A stretch of DNA of 64,000 bases from NCBI RefSeq assembly GCF_963921235.1, contig NC_086098.1, positions 3,782,001 through 3,846,000 on the forward strand, in the 5' to 3' direction. The notes beneath the pieces are model-generated. The model had not been told where the DNA came from. It was given only the letters and a program-made list of their open reading frames with translations, and searched no databases. The stretch is from Mobula hypostoma (taxonomy: Eukaryota). The position numbers were made by a program, and so were the translations under genes. The number at the start of each line of letters is the position of its first letter. The stretch's first letter is position 1. Below are positions 12,663-24,955 of this stretch, in pieces.

Positions 12663-13877
12663 ATGTCACCTCTTTCTAATGATTTGATTTTATTTTTTTT
12701 ACCAACAGAGCAAAGCTAACACTTCTGCCTTCCTGCCTGACCCTTTGATATAATGTGTATCCCTGGACATAAAGCTCCCAGCTATAATCTTTCAGTCATG
12801 ATTCAGTGATGCCTACAACATCATACATACCAATCTGCAACTGTGCTGCAAGTTCATCTGCCTTATTCTGTATACTGCGGGCATTCAAATATAGCAACTT
12901 CAGTCCTGTATTCACCGTTTTGATTTGGTCTACCTTTTACTTTGCAACTCATCCTGTTGACTGCAATATTGTCCTGTCAGTAGCCTGCCCTCACAAGGTA
13001 TTGCCTCTGTTTGGAAACCAGCCACCTCATCTTCAGTACTATTGTCCGCCTTTCCTTACATTGAAATATAGGCCGTTCAGGAAACTAATCACATCAACCT
13101 TTTGATTCCTAACTTTGTCTGAAGTTTTACCAACATCTGCCTCCACTAATTGTTCTGGCACTCTGGTTCCCATTCCCCCGCAACTCTAGTTTAACCCCCA
13201 CCGAGCAGCATTAACAAACCTTTCTGCTTGGATATTAGTCCCCCTCCAGTTCAGGTGTAAACCGTCACTTCTGTACAGGTCCCATCTTCCCTGGAAGGGA
13301 GCCCACCGATCCAAAAGTCTTATGCCCTCCCTACTTAGCCACGTATGAAACTCTATAATCTTCCTAGTTTTGGCCTCACTCGCACGTTACATGGGTAGCA
13401 ATTCTGAGATCACAATCTTGGAGGTCCTGCCTTTAACTTAGCACCTAGCTCCCTGAAATTACGTGCAGATCCTTGTCACTCGTCCTACCCAGGTCATTGG
13501 TATCTATATTGATAATGACCTGGCTGTTCATCGTCCCACTTAAGAATGCTGAGGATTTGATTCGAGATATCCCAGACCTTACATATACCATGTAGAACCT
13601 TGAGATTTATTTTGAGGTTTTCCCCCTATTTGTGAATAAAGAACTGTAATCTCAGAAATCTGGCTCGTAAAACAATCAGAAAAATCTGATTGCATTCTAA
13701 TGATTTGAATGTAGCCTCATATTATATTGGGTATCCTATATTGGTGCTGGAACGTGTGGTAAAATTTTCGGACTGCCCCAGTACATCCTTGCGTATTTTG
13801 GTTGTTAGGGCAAAACAGTGCATTTCACAGTATGCTCTGATGTACGTATGATAAGTGATGTACATGTACACGTGATA

Positions 13878-14165
13878 AGCGCTCATGTAGTGGTTAGCGT
13901 GACATTATTACAGCAGTTTGCAGTTCAATTTGCAGCGCCATCTGTAAGTTCGTATGTTCTCCCTGTGACCGTGTGGCTTTCCTTTGGGTGCTCCAGTTTC
14001 CTCCCACAGTCCAAAGGCGTACCGGTTTGTAGGTTAATTGGTCATTGTAAATTGTCCTGTGGTTACGCTGCGGTTAAATAGGTGGGTTGCTGGGTGGTGT
14101 GGCTCATTAGGCTGGAAGGGCCAGTTACACGTTGCATTTCTAAATAAATAATAATGATAAATAAA
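13878..14165 (+). mobile_element. V-SINE (HE1-like) copy
   Basis: tRNA-like head (GTAGTGGTTAGC), V-domain GGGTGCTCCAGTTTCCTCCCACAGTCCAAAG and (TAAA)n tail. Confidence 0.75.
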
Positions 14166-14204
14166 TCTAAATATTTGTTTGTCTTGATTTTGTATTTAAA
14201 ACAG

Positions 14205-14292
14205 GGAACATTACCAGCATTTGTAGTGAAGCAGATGACATCAGACAACAATGTGTTAACTTCCTCCAATATGTCAAAGTATTTATTTTCAG
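14205..14292 (+). CDS. MMS22L: MMS22L coding exon (G)NITSICSEADDIRQQCVNFLQYVKVFIF(R)
   Basis: aaaacag| ... AG|gtaatg. Resembles human KADNIRQQCVLFLHYVKVFIFR. Confidence 0.95.
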
Positions 14293-15019
14293 GTAATGTT
14301 TCAATCACCTTGTGATATTGATCATAGTTTCATAGATTATAATAAAAAGCCACTAATCCAATACAGAAAATATATTCTGCTTGTGAAATGCTGGAGCTTG
14401 AAACATCTCGCCTGTCACGTTTTGCTGTGTCATGCTTCTGCTGCCGAGAAGGAGGTACAGAAGCCTTAGGGATGTCACCAGAAAGTAGCATCCGTCATCA
14501 AAGAGCCCCCACCATCCAGGCCATATTCTCTTTTTGCTACTACTGCCAGGAGAGAGGTACAGGAGCCTCAGGTCCCACACCATCAGATTCAGGAACAGAT
14601 ATTACCCTTCAGCCTTCAGGTTCCGGAGTAACTTCACTCACCTCATCACCAAACTGATTCCATAACCTGTGGACTCACTTTCAAGGACTCTATACCACTC
14701 GTGTTCTCAGTATTATTTACTGTCTATATTATTATTTGTAATTGCACAGAGTGTGTTCTTATGCTCATTGGTTGTTTGTCCATCTTTGTTTGTGTGTAGT
14801 TTTTCATTGATTTTATTGTGTTTCTTTGTATCTACTGTGAATGTCCACAAAAAAATGAATCTCAGACCTGTATATGGTGACATACATACTTTGGTAATAA
14901 ACTGACTTTTAAACAAGAAGCATTGGTTGCTGAATCATAGGAGTTTGCTGCAGAAGTACTCTTAAAGCTGTATCTAATTCATCTTTCTGAATCAGACCAG
15001 TTCCAGCTTGTACTTCTGG

Positions 15020-15442
15020 TAATTTGTCCCCCTACCCTTTCCCTCTTTTAACATTACCCTTTCTGGTTTCCCTCTTATCCCCTCTCCTCACCTGCCTGTC
15101 ACTTCCCTCTGGTTCCCCTCCTTCTCTTTCTCCCTTGGCCCACTGTCCTCTCCTATCCGAATCTTTCTTCTGCAGTCCTTTACCTCTTCCACCTATCACC
15201 TCCTGGCTTCTCGCTTCATCCCCCCTCCCCTCACCTGGTCTCATCTGTCACCTTGCCAGCTTGTACTCCTTCCCCTCATCCACTTTCTTATTCTCGCTTC
15301 TTCCCCCTTCTTTTCCAGTCCTGATGAAGGGTCTCAGCCTGAAATGTGGACTGTTAATTCCCCTCCATAGATTCTGCCTGACCTGCTGAGTTTCTCCAGC
15401 ATTTTGTGTGTGCTGCTCTGGATTTCCAGCATCTGCAGAATT
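15020..15442 (+). mobile_element. Penelope terminal-repeat fragment with degenerate hammerhead
   Basis: Pyrimidine-rich tract, CTGATGAAGGG...GAAATGTG, and the shared tail CCAGCATCTGCAGAA. Confidence 0.7.
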
Positions 15443-15489
15443 GCAGAATGTACTGTGTCTATTTCATTGTACTCCTCACCATGAAATTT

Positions 15490-17068
15490 CCCTATCAAGC
15501 ACCATTTTTTTGAAATCACCTATATTTGTTATTTCAAGTTATAAATCTAGTCATTAAAATGTTGCCCACAACCTAAGCGGAAAAGAATTCTATGTTGTCC
15601 AGGCGTGCTAAGATAGGGCAGATACTGCGCGGCAGGACAGGTTTTAGAAAGGCTATAAAAGCATCACACACATTGCGTTTACATTTATATCAGTTTGTGA
15701 TCATGTTTATGCACATGCTCTACATGCATAGCATATTGTATGTACTCATTATAAAAAGTATTTTCAGGAGTATTTGCGATAGCAAAATGTCTTGCCAATG
15801 TTGCAACAGACACGATACTTTGTTATATTTGTGGTGAGTATACACTTAAATCTGAAAGACGGAGCATGACACCTCTTTTTAAGAAAGGCTATGAGCTCTA
15901 CTTTCGGTGCAAAATTGGTGACCAAGACAGCCTGGGCTCCTCACATTTGTTGCACAACATGTGCTACCGATCTTCGAGCTTGAATCAGAGGTACTCGGAA
16001 GCCAATGCCGTTTGCTGTTCGGATGATATGGTGAGAGCAGAAGGATCAAGTGACAGACTGCTACTTCTGTCTGACCAGCGTGTCGGGCTTCTTTGCTAAA
16101 AACAGGAAATCCTTTGAATACCCCAATCTCCCTTCGGTCAGGAGACCTGTGCAGCATGACAATAGTCTTCCAGTACTGGAACCACCAGAGACGGGGACTC
16201 TAGAGGAGACAGACAAAGGTGCCATGATGCACAAGCCAGGAATGGAAAACGACACTGATAATGATACAGATATTTAACCCTTTATGTCAAGTGAGTTAAA
16301 TGGCCTGATCAGAGACCTGGGTGTGTTAAAGGCAAAAGCTGAATTACTGGGTTCAAGACTGCAAGGATGGAATCTGCTGTCACCAAGCACAACATTTCCG
16401 AGAAGGATTTTGATATTTGAGTCAGATGTTTCCCAGAATAACTAATGTCAAGGCTAAAGGAAGACATTTTTTCTTGGTTCACAAATCAAACAGGTCATCA
16501 ATGGCAGGCAATCTGAAGAATCTCCAGTGGAACCAGAGAAAATCACATGGAAGGCATTCAGACATGTTGTAGAAAATTTTCTTGGTAACTATAGAGCACC
16601 AAACTACTGCAGCCAGTTGACAACATGCTTCAAGCACACAAAATCATGGAGTGCAGCATGTCACTAAAGATTCATTTTCTGCATTCTCATTTAGACTTCT
16701 TCCCTGCAAATCTTGGTGTTATCTGTGGCGAGCATGGTCAAAGGTTTCACCAGGACTTTGCAGTCTTGGAGAAATGGTATCAGGGCAACTGGAATCCATG
16801 AATGCTGGCTGATTATTGTTGGACACTTAAGCAAGAAGCCTCAGACACTGAGTACAAATGAAGATCATCAACAAAACATTTTTAGCTTAGTTGAGTTATT
16901 GCAAAGTGTTGCATTACATTAAATAAAAGTTAATTTATTGTTTCTCCAAATTCCTACGTGATACAAGTAGTCTGAAATTATATTTGTGTTCAGCTTCAAG
17001 CAGTCTTATCATAACCACAAACAAATTCTGAGGAAGGAATATTTTCGAAAAACCATTGCTGTTCTGTG
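15490..17068 (+). mobile_element. Internally deleted DNA transposon, probably Chapaev3 (CMC)
   Basis: Broken frames give YFRCKIGDQD...PHICCTTC, TDCYFCLTSVSGF...YPNLPS.RPVQHD, ELNGLIRDLG...ELLGSRLQGWNLL, NFLGNYRAPNY, LKIHFLHSHLDFFP and RFHQD. The right end is ...CTGTTCTGTG (CAC-type terminus). The left TIR was not seen. Confidence 0.65.
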
Positions 17069-19729
17069 CTTCTGATCAGTGAAAACAGTATTGCATCATT
17101 TGTAAACCTTGGCTTCAAACGTTTCGTACTGCCTTTAAACTTTAATTATTTTGTTGTTTACCTCTTGCAGTTATCTTTCTAAGCCTGGTGTAATAATATA
17201 GACCTTAATTTTTAATATAATCCATGTAACTCTTCTAATGTAAATTCAAAGAAAAATTTATTATCAAAATACCTATATGTACCTTGGTATTCATTTTCCT
17301 GCAGACATTTACAGGGAAATAAAGAAATTCTATAGAATTTGTGAAAAACTGTACATAAACAAGAACTGACAATCATCCAATGTGCAATAGAAGACAAGTT
17401 AGACCATAAGACCTTGGAGCAGAATTAGGGCATTCAGCTCATTAAGTCTGCTCTGCCATTTGATTAGTTTCCCTCTAAATACCATTTTCCTGCCTTCTCC
17501 CCATAACCTTTCACACCTTGACTTATCAAGAATCTATTAACCTCCGCCTTAAATACACTCAATGACCTGGGCTCCACAGCCACTTGTGGTAATGAATTCC
17601 ATATATTCACCACCCTCTGGCTAAAGATATTGCTCCTCATCTCCATTCTATATGGAAGTCCCTCTATTCTGAGGTTGTGCCCTCTGGTCCTAGAAGTTTT
17701 ACAAATAAAAAAAAATACTGAACATGAGTTGTAAAACCTTGAGAGTGAGTCTGCAGGTTGAGTTGAAGTGAGTGAAGTTATCCACACTGGTTCAGGAGCC
17801 TGGTATTTGTAAGGTAATAATTGTTCCTGAACCTGGTGGTGTGGGGCTTCAGACAGACACCTGTACCTCCTGTACGATGGTTGTAGTGATAGGAGATCAT
17901 GATGTGGGGCCTCAGACAGACACCTGTACCTCCTGTACGATGGTCATAGCGATAGGAGATCATGGTGTAGGGCCTTGGTGATAGATGCTGCTTTCCTGTG
18001 GAAGCCTGCCGTATAAATGTATGCCTTAATTGTTTGTTTAATCCCAACAACTCTTGTAGTACTGTATTATTTCTGACAAAATTACCAAGAATGATCATGG
18101 GATTTTTAAAGTAAATGAATGCATGCATGTCTGGTATTGTGGAAGCATTGTATCCATTTGGATTCAAATATCAGCCTATATTTTAATATGCGCAATGTGC
18201 GATCAACGTTCCCTCTAGTTATTTTTTACAGCTGTGCAGACCAACCATTATTCTGAGCAGAAATTTTTTTACACAACCTGAAAACACATAAGAAAACTCC
18301 AGCTGCGCGGCAACCAAGGTTGTGTGTTGGAGCATTTCACACCGCAGCTTGGAAAGTGGTTGGGATGTAAAGGTCTGATCCAGTATAAATTCAATTGGTA
18401 AAGCAGAATTGCGATTTGGCAGTAGTATATTCAGTGGTGTGAGAGAGAACAGAGGCATAGTGGGCACGCTGGAATTTGTACTGGGTCGGGGGCTGGCTGT
18501 CCCACTGGTGCTGCCTTGCCCTGTTGCTCCCTGGAAGATGATCTGGATTGCTTTAGTCTGTGGCTGACCCAGCCAGAGATGAGGAATTACTGTGTGCTTG
18601 TTCATACAGAAACATGGCTCCAAGCAACCTCCTATTCACCATCAATCTTTAGGGATTTGTGCTATTATTATTTCGTGACTCTATGTGCTGGATCATAACT
18701 ATCTGTGCTGTGTGTGACTGAATGTACTGTGTTTTCCACTGTCACCCAGAGGAATGATGTTTCCTTCAGCTGTGTAGAGATGGATACTTTATTGATCCTG
18801 AAGGAAATTACAGTGTCACAGTAGCATTACAAGTGCACAGATATAGATATTAGATGAGAAGTAGAACGAATAAAAAATAAGTTACTACAAACAGTCTAAC
18901 AAGAAGGGGTCACCTCATCCCTGGCTATAGGCTGACTCATTATAGGGCCTAAGGGTAAGAATGACCTCATGTAGCGCTCTTTGGAGCAGTGCAATCACAG
19001 AAACATAGAAAACCTACAGCACAATACAGGCCCTTCGGCCCACAAAGTTGTGCCGAACATGTCCCTACCTTAGAAATTACTAGGCTTACCCATAGCCCTC
19101 TATTTTTCTAAGCTCCATGTACCTATCCAGAAGTCTCTTAAAAGACCCTATCGTATCCACCTCCACCACCGTTGCCGGCAGCCCATTCCACGCACTCACC
19201 ACTCTCTGCGTAAAAAAACTTACCCCTGACATCTCCTCTGTCCCGACTCCCCAGCACTTTAAACCTGTGTTCTCTTGTGGCAACCATTTCAGCCCTGGGA
19301 AAAAGCAATGTCCCCTTGGATCTCATCTTAGTCTGTTACTGAAAGTTCTCCTCTGTTCAGCCAAGGTGGCATGCTGAGGGTGAGAAATGTTGTCCAGAAT
19401 TGCCAGGATTTTCCAGGGGGTCCTTTGTTCTACCACAACGTCCAGTTCGGTCCAGTTTGACTCCTACATCACAGCCAGTCTTTTCTTTTTAATCAGTTTA
19501 TTGATCCTCTTGGTATCACCTGTGTTGATGCCATCCCCCAGCACACCACTGCGTAGAAGGTGGTACTGGTGACAACAGGCTGGTAGAACATGTGAAGGAG
19601 AAGCCTGCAAACTCCAAAAAAACCTCACTGTCCTCAGAAAGTAGAGTCAACAAAGGTAAGGACATGTTCGGCACAGCTTTGTGGGCCGAAGGGCCTGTAT
19701 TATGCTGTAGGTTTTCTATGTTTCTATGA

Positions 19730-20980
19730 AACACCTTAGCCAAGACCTGATTGAATTTTTTGAGGATGTGACTAAGCACATTGATGAAGGTAGAGTCATT
19801 GATATAGTGTATATGGATTTCAGCAAAGCATTTGATAAGGTACCGCATGCAAGGCTTATTGAGAAAGTAAGGAGGCATGGGATCCAAGGGGACATTGCTT
19901 TGTTGATCCAGAACTGGCTTGCCCACAGAAGGCAAAGAGTGGTTGTAGATGGGTCATATTCTGCATGGAGGTCGGTGACCAGTGATGTGCTTCAGGGATC
20001 TGTTCTGGGACCCCTACTCTTTGTGATTTTTATATTTGACCTGGATGAGGAAGTGGAGGGATGGGTTAGTAAATTGGCTGATTACACAAAGGTTGGGGGT
20101 GTTGTGGATAGTGTGAAGGGCTGTCAAAGGTTATAGCAGGACATTGATAGGATGCAAAACTGGGCTGAGAAGTGGGAGATGGAGTTCAACCCAGATAAGT
20201 GCAAGGTGGTTCATTTTGGTAGGTCAAATATGATGGCAGAATATAGCATTAATGGTAAGACTCTTGACAGTGTGGAGGATCAGAGGAATCTTGGGGTCCG
20301 AGTCTATAGGACACTCAAAGCTGCTATGCAGGTTGACTGTGTGGTTAAGAAGGCATACAGTGCATTGGCTTTCATCAATCAGGGATTGAGTTTAAGAGCC
20401 GAGAGGTAATGTTACAGCTATACAAGACCCCGGTCAGACCCCACTTGGAGTACTGTGCTCAATTCTGGTCGCCTCACTACAGGAAGGATGTGGAAATGAT
20501 GGAAAGGGTGCAGAGGAGATTTACAAGGATGTTGCCTGGATTGGGGAGCATGCCTTATGAGAATAGGTTGAGTGAACTCGGCTTTTCTCCTTGGAGCGAT
20601 GGAGGATGAGAGGTGACCTGATAGAGGTGTGAAAGATAATGAGAGGCATTGATCGTGTGGATAGTCAGAGGCTTTTCCACAGGGCTGAAATGGCTAGCAC
20701 GAGAGGGCATAGTTTTAAGGTGCTTGGAAGTAGGTATAGAGGAGATGTCAGGGATAAGTTTTTTACGCAGAGAGTGGTGAGTGCGTTGAATGGGCTGCCA
20801 GCGGTGGTGGTGGAGGAGTTGGAAATGATAGGGTCTTTTAAGAGACTCCTGGATAGGTACATGGAGCTTAGAAAAATAGAGGGCTATGGGTAAGCCTAGG
20901 TAGTTTTAAGGTAAGGACATGCTTGGCACAACTTTGTGGGCTGAAGGACCTGTATTGCGCTGTAGGTTTTCTATGTTTTT
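19730..20980 (+). mobile_element. 5'-truncated CR1 LINE (RT domain to tail)
   Basis: Motifs [20 protein letters not shown] and VRPHLEYCAQFW, with a TTTCTATG tail. Confidence 0.9.
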
Positions 20981-21178
20981 AACTCCAGCCCTTCTTGTAC
21001 TCAACCTCTGTGTTGGTACTGCACTCGTGTCTGTCATCCAGATTCACCCCCGGGTACTTGTAGGTCCTCACCACATCCACATCCTCACCATCAATAGTAA
21101 CAGGGAACAGTGCAGTCAGAGCAAAGATTCATATAGAGGAAGTAATTTAAAAAAGGATATTTTTATTTCGCTTCCCAG

Positions 21179-21356
21179 ATATTTGGAGCCTTCCAGAGAA
21201 CTGAGTGATAAACCTATCCATCCATACGAAGAACTGGAAATCCAGCTGCCTTCAGTATTAGTGGAGGAATTGCATGCACTTACCCTGTTCATTGGCCATC
21301 TCCGTGAACGGCCCAGTATCATCCTAGCCAACCTCTCCATAAGCAACCAAGGCAAG
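21179..21356 (+). CDS. MMS22L: MMS22L coding exon (R)YLEPSRELSDKPIHPYEELEIQLPSVLVEELHALTLFIGHLRERPSIILANLSISNQGK
   Basis: cttcccag| ... AAG|gtttgt. Resembles human PVHPYEALEAQLPSVLIDELHGLLLYIGHL. Confidence 0.95.
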
Positions 21357-22212
21357 GTTTGTGTCAAATTTGCAGAGATATTTATTTGAAGTAAATTTTC
21401 TCAGTAAGATTTCTGAATTAGATGGATGGTATCCTTTTCGATAGACGTTATCTTTCTCCCAGATTTGAAATGTCAAATACCAGAGGGCATGATTTAAGGT
21501 GAAAGGGGGTAATTTGAGAGCAGATGTGAGGGGCAAGTTTGTTACACAGAGAGGGTGTCTGAAATGTGCTGCCTGGGGTGGGGGCGTTTATAAGATGTTT
21601 AAATAATATGTTTAAATGTGAGGAAAATAGAAGAATGTGGACATTGTGTTAGGAGAAGGGATCAGTTTAGTTGGTTATTTGATTACTAATTTAACTGGTT
21701 CCGCATGACACTGTGGGCCGAAGGGCCTGTCCGGTGCTGTATTGTTCTGTGTTTAGGTATGTCCTTGCACTGTGTTGGTCATTGATGCAAAACAATGCCT
21801 TTCACTGTATATTTCGATGTACAAGTGACAAATCAAAGCTAATCGTTTTAATATGATGCACATCTGATGTGAGAATTGTGACTGATGCAGGTAAATGTTC
21901 TTGAGTTTTTGAAGTGGCTTAAAATGAACCAAAGATGGTCATTCCTCTCCAAAAAACAAAAATTCATTCTCTATTCCCCTGTGCTAAAATAAAGAGTATG
22001 TGCATTTTGTAATCACAGGTCTAGGTTTTGGTCTTTTATTTTTATTGGTTAACTCATCTTTCTGCCATTTTGTGGGATCTTCTTGTGTGTAATATGCAAA
22101 TCACTCAATTCCAAATCAACTCCTAATAAGTGAAACACATACTACTACGATAATGATGTGGTGCTGCATGGTGTAAGAATGTTGGTAAAATCTTTACTCA
22201 CTTTCCTTTTAG

Positions 22213-22306
22213 GTCTTTCCACCATCCTGGCATTTGGTACATTTGCATTTGGACATTCAGTGGTCACTGCTTGAGATTTTGCATATACTCAGCGAGAAAA
22301 TGTTGG
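22213..22306 (+). CDS. MMS22L: MMS22L coding exon VFPPSWHLVHLHLDIQWSLLEILHILSEKML(G)
   Basis: ttccttttag| ... TTGG|gtaaga. Resembles human LFPPSWHLLHLHLDIHWLVLEIL. Confidence 0.95.
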
Positions 22307-22574
22307 GTAAGATTTTTATCGATCAGGATTGTCTCAGTGAATGAGAAGTTTAAAAATGGAGTGGATCATTGAATTCTGCCAGACACTTGTAAATGGACAA
22401 ATGTCTCTGTTCTGAGCTACGTTTTGCCATATTGGTAACAAAAGGAAATGCATAGACCTGGGACAAGGTTCAAATCCCATTGCAATGGCCGAGGAACTTG
22501 AATGCAGTTAATTATATTTAGGTTACCTTTATTAATTACAAAATGACCATACTTTGACAGAGAACTGCTTGATT

Positions 22575-23506
22575 AGGGGTGTATACAGTAGAGATGCTGG
22601 CAGTGTTGGTTGTGTTGCGATGGGTGGAGAAAGCTAGACAGGTCAAAGTGTTGATATGCTCAGATCCATCCTCAGTTCTAGCAAGTTTAAGGTCTTTTCA
22701 CTCAACAGTCGGCAAGGTGTACTTTACAAAGTCCTTCAGTCAGTCACAAGAATTTCAAATCAGGGAGGTCAGGTAAAATTTCTATGGGTTCCAGCACATG
22801 TAGGGGTGAAGGAGAATGAGAGGCTGGATGAGTTGGCAAAGAGGGCGTTAAAGAAACAAAATATAGAAATGCACATTAGTATCAGTAAAGCAGAGGTTAA
22901 GTGTGTAATCTGGGAAAAAATCAAACATGGTAAGAAAGATGGGACAGGGAGGGGAAAGGGAGGCATTTATATCAAATACAAAAGCGTTTTGCAGGTACTA
23001 GGGTTGGTGGTGGATACAGAAGAGAGGAACCTGTGTGGACTAGAGTAAGGCTGGGCATTAAACAAAACATTGAAAATGATAGGGATACACCAGGCAGGAT
23101 TGTGCGAGGAATGTCAGGAAGAGGAGTCAGTAGAACATGCAGTTCTGAGTTGCAGAAAGTATGGGATACAGAGAGAGATGATGAGAATTAATCTAAGGGA
23201 ATTGGGGTGCAGGAATTCACATTAAAAGGGTTGCTGGGCATGAGCGAGAGAGCACAGGTCAGGGTATTTTTAGCTTTCTTAAGGGGTACAGGGGTTTTTT
23301 ATAGGATATGATGGATAAGCAGGAATAGGGTACTAGGATGGCAAAAGATGGGAGGATAAAGTGTAGGTTAGGGTATATGTGTGTGTGTGTGAGATTGAGT
23401 GAAGGGATTTAGAATGTAAGTCTATTGCACACTCTGGAGCAGAAGGTGGCGGTAATGCACCATTAAGCTGGGTGACAACCGCCGTAAAACCAGGAGAAGA
23501 AGAAGA
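22575..23506 (+). mobile_element. 3' fragment of RNase H-encoding LINE (I/Nimb-like)
   Basis: RNase H motifs EMLAV, ICSD and WVPAHVGV.ENER.DELAK; C-terminal CEECQEEESVEHAVLSC; (GAA)n tail. 12-bp TSD AACTGCYTGATT at 22563-22574 and 23507-23518. Confidence 0.8.
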
Positions 23507-23559
23507 AACTGCCTGATTCAGTTATGCTCTTGAAGAAATGAAGTCTGCAGTCTTTATCT

Positions 23560-23895
23560 GTGGAAAATAAACAGACAAAGTTTCAGACCAAGATCCTTCA
23601 TCAGGACTGGAAAGGAAGGTGAGTAGGGGAGGGGAAGGAGTAGAAGCTGGCAGTTGATAGGTGACACTTTGATCCCCTCTCCCTCACCCACCCATCTCTC
23701 CCCTCATCTGGTGTCATCCATCACCTGCCAGCTTGTACTCCTTCCCCTCCCCTGCACCTTCTAATTCTGGCTTCTGCCCCCTTCCTTTCCAGTCTTGATG
23801 AAGGGTCTCGGTCCAAAATGTTAAATGTTTATTCATTTCCATGGATCCTGCCTGATTTGCTGAGTTCCTCCAGCATTTTGTGTGTGTTGTTCAAG
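23560..23895. mobile_element. Short inverted pair of Penelope termini
   Basis: Degenerate hammerheads lie on minus (about 23575-23610) and plus (about 23791-23826), with a purine tract mirrored by a pyrimidine tract. Confidence 0.65.
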
Positions 23896-24676
23896 CACAC
23901 TCATGGTGACATGGTAGTGAAGTAGTTAGTGCAACACTTCACCAGCAATCACTGATCAGGGTTCGATTCCCATCGCTATCGGTAAGGAATTTGTATGAGA
24001 GCACGTGTTTCCTGCCCTATTCCAAAGACATACGGCTCAGGGTTGGTAAACTGTGTTGGCGTACTGAAAGCAGGGCGACACTTGCCTCCAGGACATCTCA
24101 GACTGTGTTAGTCACTGACAAAAAAACAAGGCATTTCACCGTGTGCTTCGATGTTTTGATGTACATGTGACAAAAAAAGTTCATCTTAAGATTTCCAGAT
24201 ATCTGTGTTTGTGGCCTGCAGCGTTTGCCTGGTTTGTACCACAGCCAGCCACACAGTTAAAGAGGGGCAATAAATGTCGCCTCATCAGCAATCCTGACAT
24301 TCTGGGAATAAATGGAGCATGGTCTAGGGAAGTGTATGGTCATGCACTTCGGCAGAAGGAATGAAAGCACAGACTATTTTCTAAACAGGGAGAAAATTCA
24401 AAAATCAGAGGTGCAAAGGGACTTGTGAGTTCTCGTGCAGGATTCCACAACCAGTGGTAGGGAAGGCAAATGCAATGTTAGCATTCATTTTGAGAGAACT
24501 AGAATAAAAAAGCAAGGATGTGATGCTGAGGCTTTATAAGGTGTTGGTCAGATTGTATTTGGAGTATTGTGAGCAGTTTTGGGTCCTTAATCCAAGAAAA
24601 TATGTACTTGCATTGGAGAGAGTCCAGACGAGGTTGATGAGAATGATTCGGGAATGAAAGGGTAACATATCTGAGG

Positions 24677-24955
24677 CGGCATGGTGGCGTAGTGGTTAGC
24701 ACAACACTTTACGGTACTGGCGACCGGGTTCAGTTCCCACTGCTGCCTGTAAAAAGTTTGTGTATTCTCCCCGTGTCTCTGTGGGGTTTCTCCGCGTGCT
24801 CCACTGTCCTTTCACAGTCCAAAAACCTTCTGGTTGGTATGTTATTGATCGTTGTAAAACGTCCTGTGTTAGGCTAATTTGGGGGATTGCTGGTGGCATG
24901 GCTCAAAGGGCCGGAAGGGTCTACTCTGAGCCTTATCTCAATAAATAAATAAAAT
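24677..24955 (+). mobile_element. V-SINE copy inserted in a CR1 3' fragment
   Basis: Box A TGGCGTAGTGG, box B-like GGGTTCAGTTCCC, V-domain and (TAAA)n tail. Confidence 0.75.

Larger units (their letters stand above)
2570..13560 (-). mobile_element. Long decayed CR1 LINE, interrupted by Penelope, L1 and SINE insertions
   Basis: Collinear minus-strand ORF2 pieces ([41 protein letters not shown]) occur at 2570-4385, 5886-6356 and 12204-13560. The 3' tail (CATAAGAC repeats on +) is at about 2563-2580. Confidence 0.8.
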
